Shown here: piece after piece, positions 1 through 9,127 of the stretch
Numbering within the stretch: the first letter of the stretch is position 1
Layout: the number at the start of each line of letters is the position of its first letter
Assembly: GCA_963726245.1 (NCBI GenBank)
Contig: CAVSBT010000046.1
Location: forward strand, 1 to 14,080
Direction of reading: 5' to 3'
From: an uncultured Chloroflexia bacterium
Lineage (GTDB): Bacteria > Chloroflexota > Dehalococcoidia > DSTF01 > JALHUB01
Length of the DNA: 14,080 bases
Translations under genes and position numbers: made by a program
The notes under the pieces: generated by a model
Seen by the model: only the letters and a program-made list of their open reading frames with translations
The model's database searches: none
Told to the model about the DNA's origin: nothing

Positions 1-1
1 G

Positions 2-301
2 TTAAGCATAAACGTTCCAAGAAACGAACCCATTGGTCGGTATATATCCTATGCGGTGGATATTATTTTTGAGGCGAAAGGCGAGCCACAGATTAAAAGA
101 GCTTGCTTTTATTGGTCAGGGGATGGGCCGCAATGTTTTGAGGTAACGAATGTAAGTTTTGAATCACGGAGAGACTTCGAGTTGTATCTTCCTGGTCTTG
201 CATCTGGATCATATAGATTGGAATGTTATGCTGAATATATCCGAGACGGAGAGACACGAAGGACCAATGTAGTGGGCACTCAAATTTCTGTTAGCAGATA
301 G
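2..301 (+). CDS. Hypothetical protein, 3' part only (beta-rich, possibly Ig-like C-terminus)
   Basis: The frame of ORF 56..301 is open back to the window start (LSINVPRNEPIGRYISYAVDIIF...) and ends at TAG 299-301. The C-terminus resembles a beta-sandwich (GLASGSYRLECYAEY...TQISVSR). No family recognised. Confidence 0.6.
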   Translation, partial: LSINVPRNEPIGRYISYAVDIIFEAKGEPQIKRACFYWSGDGPQCFEVTNVSFESRRDFELYLPGLASGSYRLECYAEYIRDGETRRTNVVGTQISVSR

Positions 302-320
302 GAGTGAAGGAGAACTCCTC

Positions 321-449
321 ATGTCCCAAGTAGTCCAACAAGAAGCCCTCACCAGATTACTTGTGGAGAAGGGGGTATTCAGCAAGGAGGAATTTTTGGA
401 GATGATTGGGGTGATAGATCAGGAGATGCGAAGCCAAAAGGGAAGATAA
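321..449 (+). CDS. Small 42-aa protein with a SHOCT-like motif (not in ORF track)
   Basis: AAGGAG RBS at 307-312, ATG 321, TAA 447-449. Translation: MSQVVQQEALTRLLVEKGVFSKEEFLEMIGVIDQEMRSQKGR. The LLxEKGxxSxEEF pattern resembles SHOCT, and the gene fills the gap between its neighbours exactly. Confidence 0.65.
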   Translation: MSQVVQQEALTRLLVEKGVFSKEEFLEMIGVIDQEMRSQKGR

Positions 450-450
450 A

Positions 451-852
451 GTGAAAAATAAAGATACACGTAAATTAAATTCTAACAATCCCGATTTTGA
501 GGCAATGGAGAGGATTCGCAGAGGAATTCGAAGAATTAAAAGAGAAAGAGGATTAAGTTTGAAAGATTTATCGGTCAAGACAGGGTATTCAGATCCTTTT
601 CTATGTCGTCTTCTTTGGGGCAGACGCAAATTATCTTCAACTCACTTAAAGAGATTATCCAAAGCATTGAAGATTCCGGTTTCTACTTTTAGTGTCCCAA
701 GACAAGATGACGAATTCCTATATGATAAGAGTCTTACTCCTGAAGAAAACAGAGAATTGGAACGGAGGTTGTGTAGAATTAGAAAAGAACTGGTTACTCA
801 TCTGATAAAGAGTAGACGGAAGAAAAAGGATTTTATCGGAGGTGCCCAATGA
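451..852 (+). CDS. XRE/Cro-C1 family helix-turn-helix protein with a basic C-terminal extension
   Basis: IRRIKRERGLSLKDLSVKTGYSDPFLCRLLWGRRKLSSTHLKRLSKALKIPV fits the HTH_3 pattern. Its stop overlaps the next start (ATGA 849-852). The start could be GTG 451 or a later ATG. Confidence 0.8.
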   Translation: MKNKDTRKLNSNNPDFEAMERIRRGIRRIKRERGLSLKDLSVKTGYSDPFLCRLLWGRRKLSSTHLKRLSKALKIPVSTFSVPRQDDEFLYDKSLTPEENRELERRLCRIRKELVTHLIKSRRKKKDFIGGAQ

Positions 853-1061
853 AATTGTTAGGTTCTCTTGCTATAGTCGTTTTCTTGTGTGCGCCAACTG
901 CCTGGGCTGGCTGCAAGTCGGATTGCCAAGATGAGTACGAATCAGAGGTCGAATCTTGCAAAACGCTGCACGATGATCCAGAAGATGCTGACATGCTTAA
1001 AATGTGCATTGACAACGCCAAAAGCGAGTACGAATCGTGTATCGATGAATGTGAGAACTGA
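849..1061 (+). CDS. Secreted acidic cysteine-rich micro-protein (70 aa)
   Basis: GGAGG RBS at 838-842. Sec-type signal peptide MKLLGSLAIVVFLCAPTAWA with an A-x-A cleavage site. The mature part has 6 Cys and many D/E residues. Confidence 0.8.
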   Translation: MKLLGSLAIVVFLCAPTAWAGCKSDCQDEYESEVESCKTLHDDPEDADMLKMCIDNAKSEYESCIDECEN

Positions 1062-1112
1062 GATCAGGGAGACTGTCAGTAGCTAAAAATATTTTTCTGG
1101 CTCGATGTTTTT

Positions 1113-1130
1113 AACCCATCTTTGGGTTTT
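1113..1130 (+). terminator. Weak possible terminator after the Cys-rich gene
   Basis: AACCCA-TCTT-TGGGTT hairpin followed by only a short T run. Confidence 0.25.
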
Positions 1131-1247
1131 GAGAAAGCGAGGCCCAATGGTATGGGGGGTGGAAATTGTCTAAAAAGGTGAAGAAGTCAGGATTTGACCT
1201 TTCAGGCATTGTCAAGTCCTCCGTTGACTTCTTCCTGTAATCAATCT

Positions 1248-1276
1248 TTGACATGTTCTACCAAAAGGTGTAGACT
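1248..1276 (+). promoter_or_regulatory. Sigma70-type promoter
   Basis: TTGACA (1248-1253), 17-nt spacer, TAGACT (1271-1276). Confidence 0.6.
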
Positions 1277-1358
1277 TCAACTGGTAATCGATAAGGGGTA
1301 TAGCGGTCTTGTTTCGCACAAGAAGAGGTATTCGGAATCCATTTTGCTGGTCAATTCC

Positions 1359-1395
1359 TGTCGTCTTCTGCGTAAAAAGGCGACATTCACTTTTT
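1359..1395 (+). terminator. Terminator-like hairpin downstream of the 1248 promoter
   Basis: TGTCGTCTT (1359-1367) pairs with AAGGCGACA (1377-1385), 9 bp with one G-U, followed by TTCACTTTTT. Confidence 0.4.
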
Positions 1396-1453
1396 CCTCT
1401 CTACCCAGCTCCCAACTTGACTAATCCCGACGAATCTGTAACAAAGAGTTCAA

Positions 1454-1530
1454 GGAGCCCAAGTGATAAAAAACCTGAGAATGTCAAAGCCATGATCGAT
1501 ATCAGTAAAAAGTACGGCGTCTGTTCTTGA
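1454..1530 (+). pseudogene. C-terminal remnant of a uroporphyrinogen decarboxylase/MtaA-family protein
   Basis: Reads GAQV/DKKPENVKAMIDISKKYGVCS*, matching the 'xxPENVxAMIxxxxxYG' terminal helix typical of URO-D family proteins. The rest of the gene is absent upstream. Confidence 0.5.
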
Positions 1531-1635
1531 AAGACACTCGGTCGATTGTTCATCTTTCCGAAGCCATCCAGAACCGCACGTTAGATCGGAATCGCAATGC
1601 TCAATACGAGATCGGTTTTTGCAGAAATCGAATAA

Positions 1636-1683
1636 AACGAAGGGGTCAGGACCTGTCGGCTGGGGGGAGGTCCCTGTTTCGTT
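1636..1683 (-). terminator. Imperfect inverted repeat, possible terminator of the minus-strand dctM-maoC operon
   Basis: AACGAA..CAGGACCT pairs with AGGTCCCTG..TTCGTT, about 30 nt past the stop at 1716. It is followed by TTATT on the minus strand. Confidence 0.3.
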
Positions 1684-1715
1684 CCTAGGCGGGCCGGGGC
1701 ACGTTCCGGTCAAAA

Positions 1716-2147
1716 TCAAATCCAACCCATTGCAGTTCCGACGACAACTTTGTTGCCGTGCTGGTTCTCGCACCAGATATCCAGAGTAAACTTGGTTCTG
1801 GAATCTTCCGATTCCTTCAATGTGACAACGGCTTTCGATACCAAGCTGTCGCCTACATCGACGATGGCGACGAATTTGAGTTCCATCTTCCCATGGCTCA
1901 ACCAGGTTTCCCCGAACAGATCAATCATCAGCTCTGTGAGATAGCCCATATACTGAGTGGCTGACACAGACCGCGTTTGAAGGCCACAGCTTTTTGCAAA
2001 CTCCAAATCGGTATGAATATTCTTTGCAGGCCAGCCTGGAGCATTGAATCGGCCTCCTGAAAAGGCAAAGACCCTGGCCTCGGAAATCGTCTTTATTTTT
2101 CCAGTAAACTCAGCCCCCACTTTCGTGTCTGGCGTCAGCTTCATCAT
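1716..2147 (-). CDS. MaoC-family (hotdog fold) dehydratase, 143 aa
   Basis: Own start MMKLTPD at 2147 with an upstream GAAGGGA. Motifs NIHTDLEFAKSCGL and 'LKFVAIVDVGDSL', ending 'WCENQHGNKVVVGTA', are typical of MaoC-like hydratases. Confidence 0.8.
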   Translation of the reverse strand: MMKLTPDTKVGAEFTGKIKTISEARVFAFSGGRFNAPGWPAKNIHTDLEFAKSCGLQTRSVSATQYMGYLTELMIDLFGETWLSHGKMELKFVAIVDVGDSLVSKAVVTLKESEDSRTKFTLDIWCENQHGNKVVVGTAMGWI

Positions 2148-2578
2148 TTTTGTCCCTTCGTGATAACGCCATGCGTCCTTCGACGCATGATCTCTCTTCC
2201 GTCTTCGATCGACGATCAGGGCCTCGATCACCGTGTATAACTTATCTCGCTTTTCATATTCCTCGACCACTTTCCAGGTGACTCTGAATTCCTTCCCCAC
2301 CCTGCCTGGGTTGAGGAATTCCACTTCCTCCTTGGCATGGACGCCTGCCATCCCAGCCTTTAGACCGTAAGACGGACTGCGAGTCAGGTTGCTCTGATTG
2401 AGCAGGAGGCCGGGATGGACCAACGGAGGGCCTGAATCCGTCTCTTCGAGATATCGGGGATGGTAATCCTGAACAGCATAGAGGTACTGTTCATTCAATT
2501 CTGGCGTGACCTGAAATGTATAGGGTTCAAATGCGTCCGTTGAGTGAAAATTGGGATTTCTCTTTTTCTCTGACTCAT
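2144..2578 (-). CDS. MaoC-N/FAS1-like hotdog dehydratase partner subunit (two apparent frameshifts)
   Basis: ATG 2578 with a purine-rich RBS. The core reads EPYTFQVTPELNEQYLYAVQDYHPRY...HAKEEVEFLNPGRVGKEFRVTWKVVEEYEKRDKLY. Removing one base near 2204 gives ...VDEDGREIMRRRTHGVITKGQK*, with TGA overlapping the next ATG. Confidence 0.7.
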
Positions 2579-2627
2579 TTTCCCGTCTCTTCCTTCCTTG
2601 TCAAGAATCGAGAACCTTCTGATACGT

Positions 2628-3244
2628 CTATCGAGCTAAAATGATCTGGCAACCAAGTTGGAGAAGGCTGGGACAAAAATATATACGAGTCCGCAGCCGA
2701 TCAAAACCAAAACGAACGTAGGGTACAGACTTTCTGAGCACATTCTGGGGTGACTCCTGTGCCACTGCCGCTGCCGTATAGGCGCCCACACAGACCGGCG
2801 GTGTCAACAACCCAATGCCAATAAAAACCCCGGCAACCACATACAATTGCATTAAATCGATATGCATGGCTACGGCCACGGGGAAGACTAATGGTATTGT
2901 GACATACATGTTCGGTACTGCCTCCAAGAAAGTCCCAAGAATCAGGGCAGCTACAGCCATCGCCAAAAGCAAGGTCATTGGACTGACTCCCATCGCTGAG
3001 ACACCATTGAGTAATTTGCTGGGGAATTCGGGTATAGGCCAGGATCACAGAGAGAAAGCTGCGAAGCGGCAATGATGGCAAAGATGACTGCTGTGGTCAA
3101 GGCCGTACTTTCCAGGGCCTTCCATATTTTAGACCAGTTCAGTTCCCGATGGATGAGACCGCTGACGATCGACTGCGTAGATGCAGGCAACAGCAGCAGC
3201 TTCCGTGGGCGTAAAGATGCCAGCATAGATGCCCACCGAAGATG
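2628..3244 (-). CDS. dctM: TRAP transporter large permease DctM, C-terminal half only (5'-truncated at the junction, frameshifted)
   Basis: Pieces across frames: IFGGIYAGIFTPTEAAAVA, HRELNWSKIWKALESTALTTAVIFAIIAA, RIPQQIT, LILGTFLE, IGLLTPPVCV. These are DctM signatures. Confidence 0.85.
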
Positions 3245-4301
3245 TTCCTCGATGCGCACGCCGCCCCAGCCGCTGACGTAGATGCCCGGCTCGACGGTGA
3301 ACACCATGCCCTCGGCCAGGACGTCCTTGGACGTGCGAGCCAGGCGGGGCGCCTCGTGGACCTGGAGGCCGACGCCGTGGCCGAGGCCGTGGCCGAAGTT
3401 CTCGCCGTAGCCCGCCTCGGCGATGACGTTGTGCGCCGTCAGGTGCGCCTCCTCGCCGGACATGTCCGGCCCGGATGAGGGCCTCCGCCGTCTCCTGGGC
3501 AGCCAGCACGATATCATAGATCTTGTCGAACTGGCCGTCAGCCTTGCCCAGGACGAACGTGCGGCTGAGGTCGGAGCAGTAGCCGTCAATCCGCGCCCCC
3601 ATGTCGATGATGATGGGCTCGCCCGCCTCGATGCGCTTCTCGGCGCGAGGGTAGGCGTGGGGCATCGCCGCCCAGGGCCCGGCCGCGACGATCGTCTCGA
3701 AGGATACGCCATCGCCGCCGTGCTCCCGCACGTACTTCTCGATCTCCCAGGCCACCTGCGTCTCCGTCCAGCCCGGCTCGATGCGCCGGGTCACCGCCTC
3801 GAAAGCCTCGTCGGCCAGGTCCACCGCCCGCTGGATGGCGGCCAGCTCCTCGGCGTCCTTGACCGCCCGCAGCTGCTCCACCAGGGGCGGCGCCGCCAGC
3901 AGCTTGGGCCGCTCGGCGGCGGGCATGGCCTTGACGGCCTTGGTCATGGCCTGGTAGGTGGCCACGGTGATATCGCCCGCCTGGAAGCCCAGCTTCTTGC
4001 CCGCCAGGCCCGCCGTGCCCACCAGCGAGGCGAACCAGGTCGTTCAGGGGCCCGTTGGCGGGGAACAGCGTGAAGTTCGGCGCCTCGCTGCTGGGCCTGC
4101 TCGTAGTAGCGGAAGTCCACGGCGATGAACGCCGCCTCCGCCGTGATGAGCAGGGTGCCCACGGAGCCGGTGAACCCCGACAGGTAGCGGCGGTTGGCGC
4201 CCACGCTCTTGAAGGTGTCCTCGACCGGGGCGCTGACCAGCAGGCCGTCCAGGCCCACCTCCGCCATCTTCGCCCGCAGCCTGGTCCAGCCGCTGGTTCA
4301 C
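3245..4301 (-). CDS. pepP: Xaa-Pro aminopeptidase/dipeptidase (M24B, YqhT-like), frameshifted, last residues lost at the junction
   Basis: GTG 4301 overlaps the aroQ stop. Motifs [60 protein letters not shown] and GGVRIE cover all five metal-ligand positions. Confidence 0.9.
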
Positions 4302-4742
4302 GATCCCTCTCCCACCAGCGCCGCCAGCGCTTCCAGAGCGCGAGGATGTAGCCCTCGCCAGCCCTGGCCGGCGATCTGCCCCGCAGCGATGTCGGCCATG
4401 ACCGAGCGGCGGCGGAAGGGCTCGCGGGCGTGGATGTTGGAGAGATGCACCTCGATGAAGGGCAGGCCGCAGCCCTCCAGCGCGTCGCGCAGCGACAGGC
4501 CGTAGTGGGTCAGCGCGCCCGGGTTGATGATGATGGCCTGGGCCTCCTCCGCCTCCGCCTGGATGAAGTCGATGATCGCCCCCTCGTGGTTGGACTGGAA
4601 CGCCCGCACCTCGATCCCCAGCTCGGCCGCCCGCTGGGCGACCCGCTCCTCGATCTCCTTCAGCGTGAGGGAGCCGTAGATCTCCGGGCTGCCGCTTGCC
4701 CAGCGTGTTCAGGTTAGGCCCATTGATAAGAAGGAACCTCAC
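4298..4742 (-). CDS. aroQ: Type II 3-dehydroquinate dehydratase (frameshifted)
   Basis: GTG 4742 starts [19 protein letters not shown](E)IYG, followed by [18 protein letters not shown] and [14 protein letters not shown]. Confidence 0.93.
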
Positions 4743-5673
4743 GTCCCTGGCCTGTCTTCTCGCCCCTTCGCCGCAGCCGCTGCACGTTCTCGGCGGCCTC
4801 CGGTAGCGCCGCCGCTTCTCTTCGTCGCTGACGTGGGTGTAGATCTGGGTGCTGGTTGCCCTGGCGTGACCGAGAAGCTCCTGCACCACGCGCAGGTCGG
4901 CCCCGCCGTCCAGCATATGGGTGGCGAAGGTGTGGCGCAACAGGTGGGGGAAGACCCGCTCGTCCAGGCCCGCCTTGAGGGCGCAGCGCCGCAGCAGGAA
5001 CTGCACCGCCCGCGCCGAGAGCCGCCCGCCTTGCTTGTTCAGGAAGAGGGCCCGCTCCTGGGGCCGGCGCACCAGGGCCGGCCGCCCTTGCTTCAGGTAG
5101 CGCTCCAGGGCGGCCGCCGCCGACCGCCCCATCAGGGCGATGCGCTCCTTGTTGCCCTTGCCCAGCACCCGCACCTGCCTGCTCGCCGAGGTCGACGTCG
5201 CTGGTATCCAGGCCCACCAGCTCGCTCAGGCGCAGGCCGGCGGCGTAGAACAGCTCCAGGATGGCCCGGTCGCGCAGGTCCTTGGGCTCGTCGCCCTGCA
5301 CCGCCGCCAGAATGCCCAGCACCTGGCCTGCTGTAAGGAAGCTGGGCAGCCGCCGCCCCTTCTTGGGCCCGCGCACGCCGACCAGCGGATCTTGCTCGAC
5401 GCGGCCCTGACGGGCCAGGAAGCGATAGAAGGAGCGGATCGTGCTCACCTTGCGCACGATGCTCGCCGCCGCCATCCCCTCCGCGCGCAGCTCGGCCAGA
5501 TAGCGGCGCAGAGACCAGGCGGTCGACGGCGGCGATGGCGCTCCCGTCCCGCTCCTCCAGGTAGCGGAAGAAGGCGCGCAGGTCGCTCTCGTAGTTGCGC
5601 AGGGTGTAGGGCGAGAGGTTGCGCTCCGCCTGAAGGCAGCGGATGTAGGCCTGCAAGCAGGTCCTCCAGCCAT
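4739..5673 (-). CDS. xerC: XerC/XerD-type tyrosine recombinase (frameshifted; stop position approximate)
   Basis: N-terminus ERNLSPYTLRNYESDL. The catalytic set is complete: GLRLSEL, GKGNKER, PHLLRHTFATH, ELLGH, TQIYTHV. It sits in the canonical position after topA. Confidence 0.9.
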
Positions 5674-5679
5674 GCCGGC

Positions 5680-8003
5680 CTACGCCCTCGCGGCCCTGCC
5701 GGGCGCCTCCTGCGGCAGCTCACCCCGCCAGCGAGCACTGGAGGCAGCGGCCTTGCTCGCGCCCGCTGGCGGTCAGCAGCCCGCCGCACTGGGGGCAGGG
5801 CGTGGCCAGCGGCCGGCTCCAGGTGGCGAACCGGCACGTGGGGTAGTTGGCGCAGCCGTAGAAGACACGGCCGCGGCGGCTGCGCTTCTCCACAATGTCG
5901 CCGCCGCACTGGGGGCAGCGAGCGCCGGTCTTGACCAGCAGGGGCCGCGTGCCCTTGCACTGAGGATAGCGGGAGCAGGCCAGGAAGGGCCCGATAGCGG
6001 CCCCGCTTGGCGACCATGGGCGAGCCGCACTCGGGGCAGGGCTCGCTCGCTGGCGGGCAGGGCTCGCCTTCGCCCTCCAGCGGGCGGGTGTTGCGGCACT
6101 CGGGGATAGCCGGAGCAGGCCAGAAAGCGACCGCGCCGGCCCCAGCGAATGACCATCGGCCGGCCGCAGAGGTCGCACACCTCGCTCGTCTCCTGGCGGA
6201 CGGCCGGCGCGTCGGCGGCGGCAGCGAGGGCACGCATCAGAGGGGCGTAGAACTCCTCGATCACCGGCTGCCACGGCCGCTCGCCCGCGGGCGATCTCGT
6301 CCAGTTGCTCCTCCATCTCGGCGGTGAAGTTCACGTCCACGATATCCGGGAAGTAGGTGGTGAGCAGGTCGTTCACCACGAACCCCAGCTCCTGCGGGCC
6401 GCAGGCGGCCGTCCGTCCTTCTCCACGTAGCCCCGCTGCTGCACGGTGGCCAGGATGGGGGCGTAGGTGCTGGGCCGGCCGATGCCGTTCTCCTCCAGGG
6501 CCCTGATCAGGGTGGCCTCGGTGTAGCGGGGCGGCGGCTCGGTGAAGTGCTGCTCCGGGAAGAGGCCCAGCAGCCGCAGCGCGATCGCCCAGCCGCCAGC
6601 TGGCGGCAGCGGGTTCTTGCCCACGTCCTCCTCCTCGCCCTCGTCCCGCGCCTCGACATAGAGCTGACGATAGCCGGGGAAGGCAAGCTGGGTGTTGGTG
6701 GCCCGCAAGAGGTAGACATCGCGGCCGGAGCCGGCACAGGCGCTGGCCTCGATGTCCACGGTGGTGACGTCGTAGAGGGCGTCGGCCATCTGGCTGGCCA
6801 CCATCCGCTGCCAGATGAGGGTGTACAGCCGGTGCTGGTCGCGTGACAGGTAGGGCCGCAGCGCCTCCGGCTCGCGATAGGTGGAGGTGGGGCGGATGGC
6901 CTCGTGGGCCTCCTGCGCCCCCTTCACCTTCTTCTTGTAGACGCGCGGCTGAGGGCGGCAGGTAGTCGGCGCCGAACTTCTCGCGCGATGTAGCGCGCGC
7001 GTCTCCTCGCGGGCCGAATCCGCCACCTGGGTGGAGTCGGTGCGCATGTAGGTGATGAGGCCCACCTCGCCCTCGCCGCCGATGGCCAGGCCCTCGTAGA
7101 GCTGCTGGGCGATGCTCATGGTGCGCTGGGCGCGAGAAGCCCAGCCGCCGCGACGCCTCCTGCTGCAGGGTGCTGGTGATGAACGGGCGGCGAGGGCCGC
7201 CGCGCCTGCTGCTTCTTCTGGACGGAGGCCACCCGGTAGGCGGCCTTCTCCAGCAGGCGCGACGATGCGGTCGGCCTCGGTCTGGCTGCCGATCTCCAGC
7301 TTCCCCGCTTGCCGGCCAGGCCGGCCAGGCGGGCGCGGAAAGCCGCCGAGGGCTCGGCCACATCCGGCTGGAGCTCGGCCTCGATGCTCCAGTACTCCTG
7401 GGGGACGAAGGCCTGGATCTCCCGCTCGCGCTCCACCACCAGCCGCAGGGCCACCGACTGCACCCGTCCCGCGGAGAGGCCGCGCCGCACCTTCTTCCAC
7501 AGAAGCGGGCTCAGCTTGTAGCCCACCAGCCGGTCCAGGACGCGGCGGGCCTGCTGGGCGTCCACCAGCTGCATGTCGATGCCGCGCGGGTGGCGGAAGG
7601 CCTCGCGCACCGCCTCGGGGGTGATCTCGTGGAAGACCACCCGCCGCAGCGACGAATCGTCCAGGTCCGCCGCCTGCGCCAGGTGCCAGGCGATGGCCTC
7701 GCCCTCGCGGTCGGGGTCGGTGGCCAGGAAGACGGCATCGGCCCGCTGGGCGGCGGCCTGGATGTCCTTCACCACCTGCCGCTTCTCCTTGGGCACGACG
7801 TAGTAGGGCTCGAAGCCGTGCTTGACATCCACCCCCAGGGCCGATTTGGGCAGGTCGCGCACGTGGCCGATGGAGGCCTTGACCTCGTAGGTTCGCCCGA
7901 GGATGTCGGCTATCGTCCTGGCCTTGGCCGGCGATTCCACCACCACCAGGCTCTTGCTGCCGTCGCTCCGGGCGGGCAGGTTGCGCTTGGGCACCGGTCT
8001 CAT
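5680..8003 (-). CDS. topA: DNA topoisomerase I (type IA) with C-terminal Zn-ribbon repeats (multiple frameshifts)
   Basis: [27 protein letters not shown], catalytic [28 protein letters not shown] and repeated CPxCG...FLACSxYPxC motifs. ATG 8003 overlaps the dprA stop; the corrected end is ...GRAARA* at 5680. Confidence 0.95.
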
Positions 8004-9118
8004 GCTCCGTAGACGGCGCCAGCCTCGCGGGCCCGCACGTAGCTCATCGAGCCCATCTGGCGCACCAGGCCCTTCAGCTCCAGCATCGCCAGGGCGCTGC
8101 TGACGGTGGCGATGGGCAGGCCGCTGCGCCGCCGCACCTCGTCGATGTGGATGGGCTCTGTGGAGATATGACTGCAGGAGCTGCTGCTCCGTATCGTCGG
8201 CGGGGATAAGGGCCTTCATCTCCAATCTGCTGGGGGACCATGGTCAGGTTCAGCTCTTCCAGCACGTCCTGGGCGTTCTGCACCAGCTTGGCCCCCTCCT
8301 GGATGAGCTGATGGGTGCCGCGGCTCTGCGGCGAGAAGACGCTGCCCGGCACGGCGAACACCTCGCGGTTCTGCTCCAGGGCCAGGCCGGCGGTGATCAT
8401 CGCCCCGCTCTTCACGTCGCCCTCCACCACCAGCACGCCCAGGCTCAGGCCGGACATGATGCGATTGCGGCGGGGGAAGTACTCGCCGCGCGGCTGGGTG
8501 CCCAGAGGGTAATCGCTCACCAGGGCGCCCGCCTCGCGCACCTCCTGCGCCAGCTTCAGGTGCTCAGGCGGGTAGACGATGTCCAGCCCGCAGGCCATGA
8601 CGGCGACCGTGCGGCCGCCGCACTCCAGGGCCGCGCGGTGGGCGATGGCATCGATGCCGCGGGCCAGCCCGCTGACGACGGTGATGCCCTGCGTCGCCAG
8701 GTCCGTGGCCAGGTGTTCGGCCACCTGCCGGCCGTAGGGCGTGGGCCGGCGCGTGCCGACCACAGCCAGCGCCCACTCGTCGGCGTCCGTCAGCTCGCCG
8801 CGAACGTAGAGGACGGGAGGCAGGTCGTAGATCTCCTTCAGGCGCGGCGGGTAGGCGGCGTCGTTCCAGGTGATGGCGCGCACGCCCTGGCGGGCCAGGT
8901 GCTCCATCTCCGCCTCGGGCGAGATGGCGGGCCGCTGGGCGACGATGGCCGCCGCGGCCGCTCGTCCAGGCCGGCGGCCCGCAGCTCGGCGGGGCTGGCC
9001 TCCAGGCGTTCGCCAGCCGGCCGAAGTGCTTCTCCAGAAGCTGGTAGCGGACCCGCCCGATGCCCGGAATGCGGTTGAAGGCGACCCAGTACTGGGTATC
9101 GCCGGTTTCTCCCGTCAT
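8000..9118 (-). CDS. dprA: DNA-processing protein DprA (Smf), frameshifted
   Basis: [61 protein letters not shown] and EVFAVPG, plus a C-terminal winged helix ending ...AGAVYGA*. Confidence 0.95.
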
Positions 9119-9127
9119 AGTCAGACA

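Noticed and set aside
1085-1170. AAAAATATTTTT palindrome and G-run (GGTATGGGGGGTGG) as a phage end/packaging site
   Set aside because: Low complexity, and there is no terminase or other phage gene in the window to support it.
1194-1773. ORFs 1194..1424, 1309..1530 and 1450..1773 as real genes
   Set aside because: They lack RBSs or recognisable composition and overlap promoter and hairpin elements. Only the last ~25 codons of 1309..1530 look protein-derived.
1716-2498. 260-aa double-hotdog fusion in the ORF track
   Set aside because: One extra base near 2204 explains it. The corrected frame ends in TGA overlapping a second ATG that has its own RBS.
4044-5174. Apparent XerC-AroQ fusion (also DprA-TopA 7116..8225 and PepP-DctM 2975..3712)
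   Set aside because: These are products of frameshift errors and the junction. Each gene has its own overlapping start/stop (GTGA/ATGA).
4739-5673. Tyrosine recombinase as the integrase of a mobile element explaining the low-GC left part
   Set aside because: It is a housekeeping XerC in the conserved dprA-topA-xerC context, is not at the junction, and no att sites are visible.
5781-5918. 18-bp direct repeat CCGCCGCACTGGGGGCAG spaced 120 nt apart
   Set aside because: It encodes the repeated CPQCGG Zn-ribbon motifs of TopA. Two copies inside a CDS is not CRISPR.
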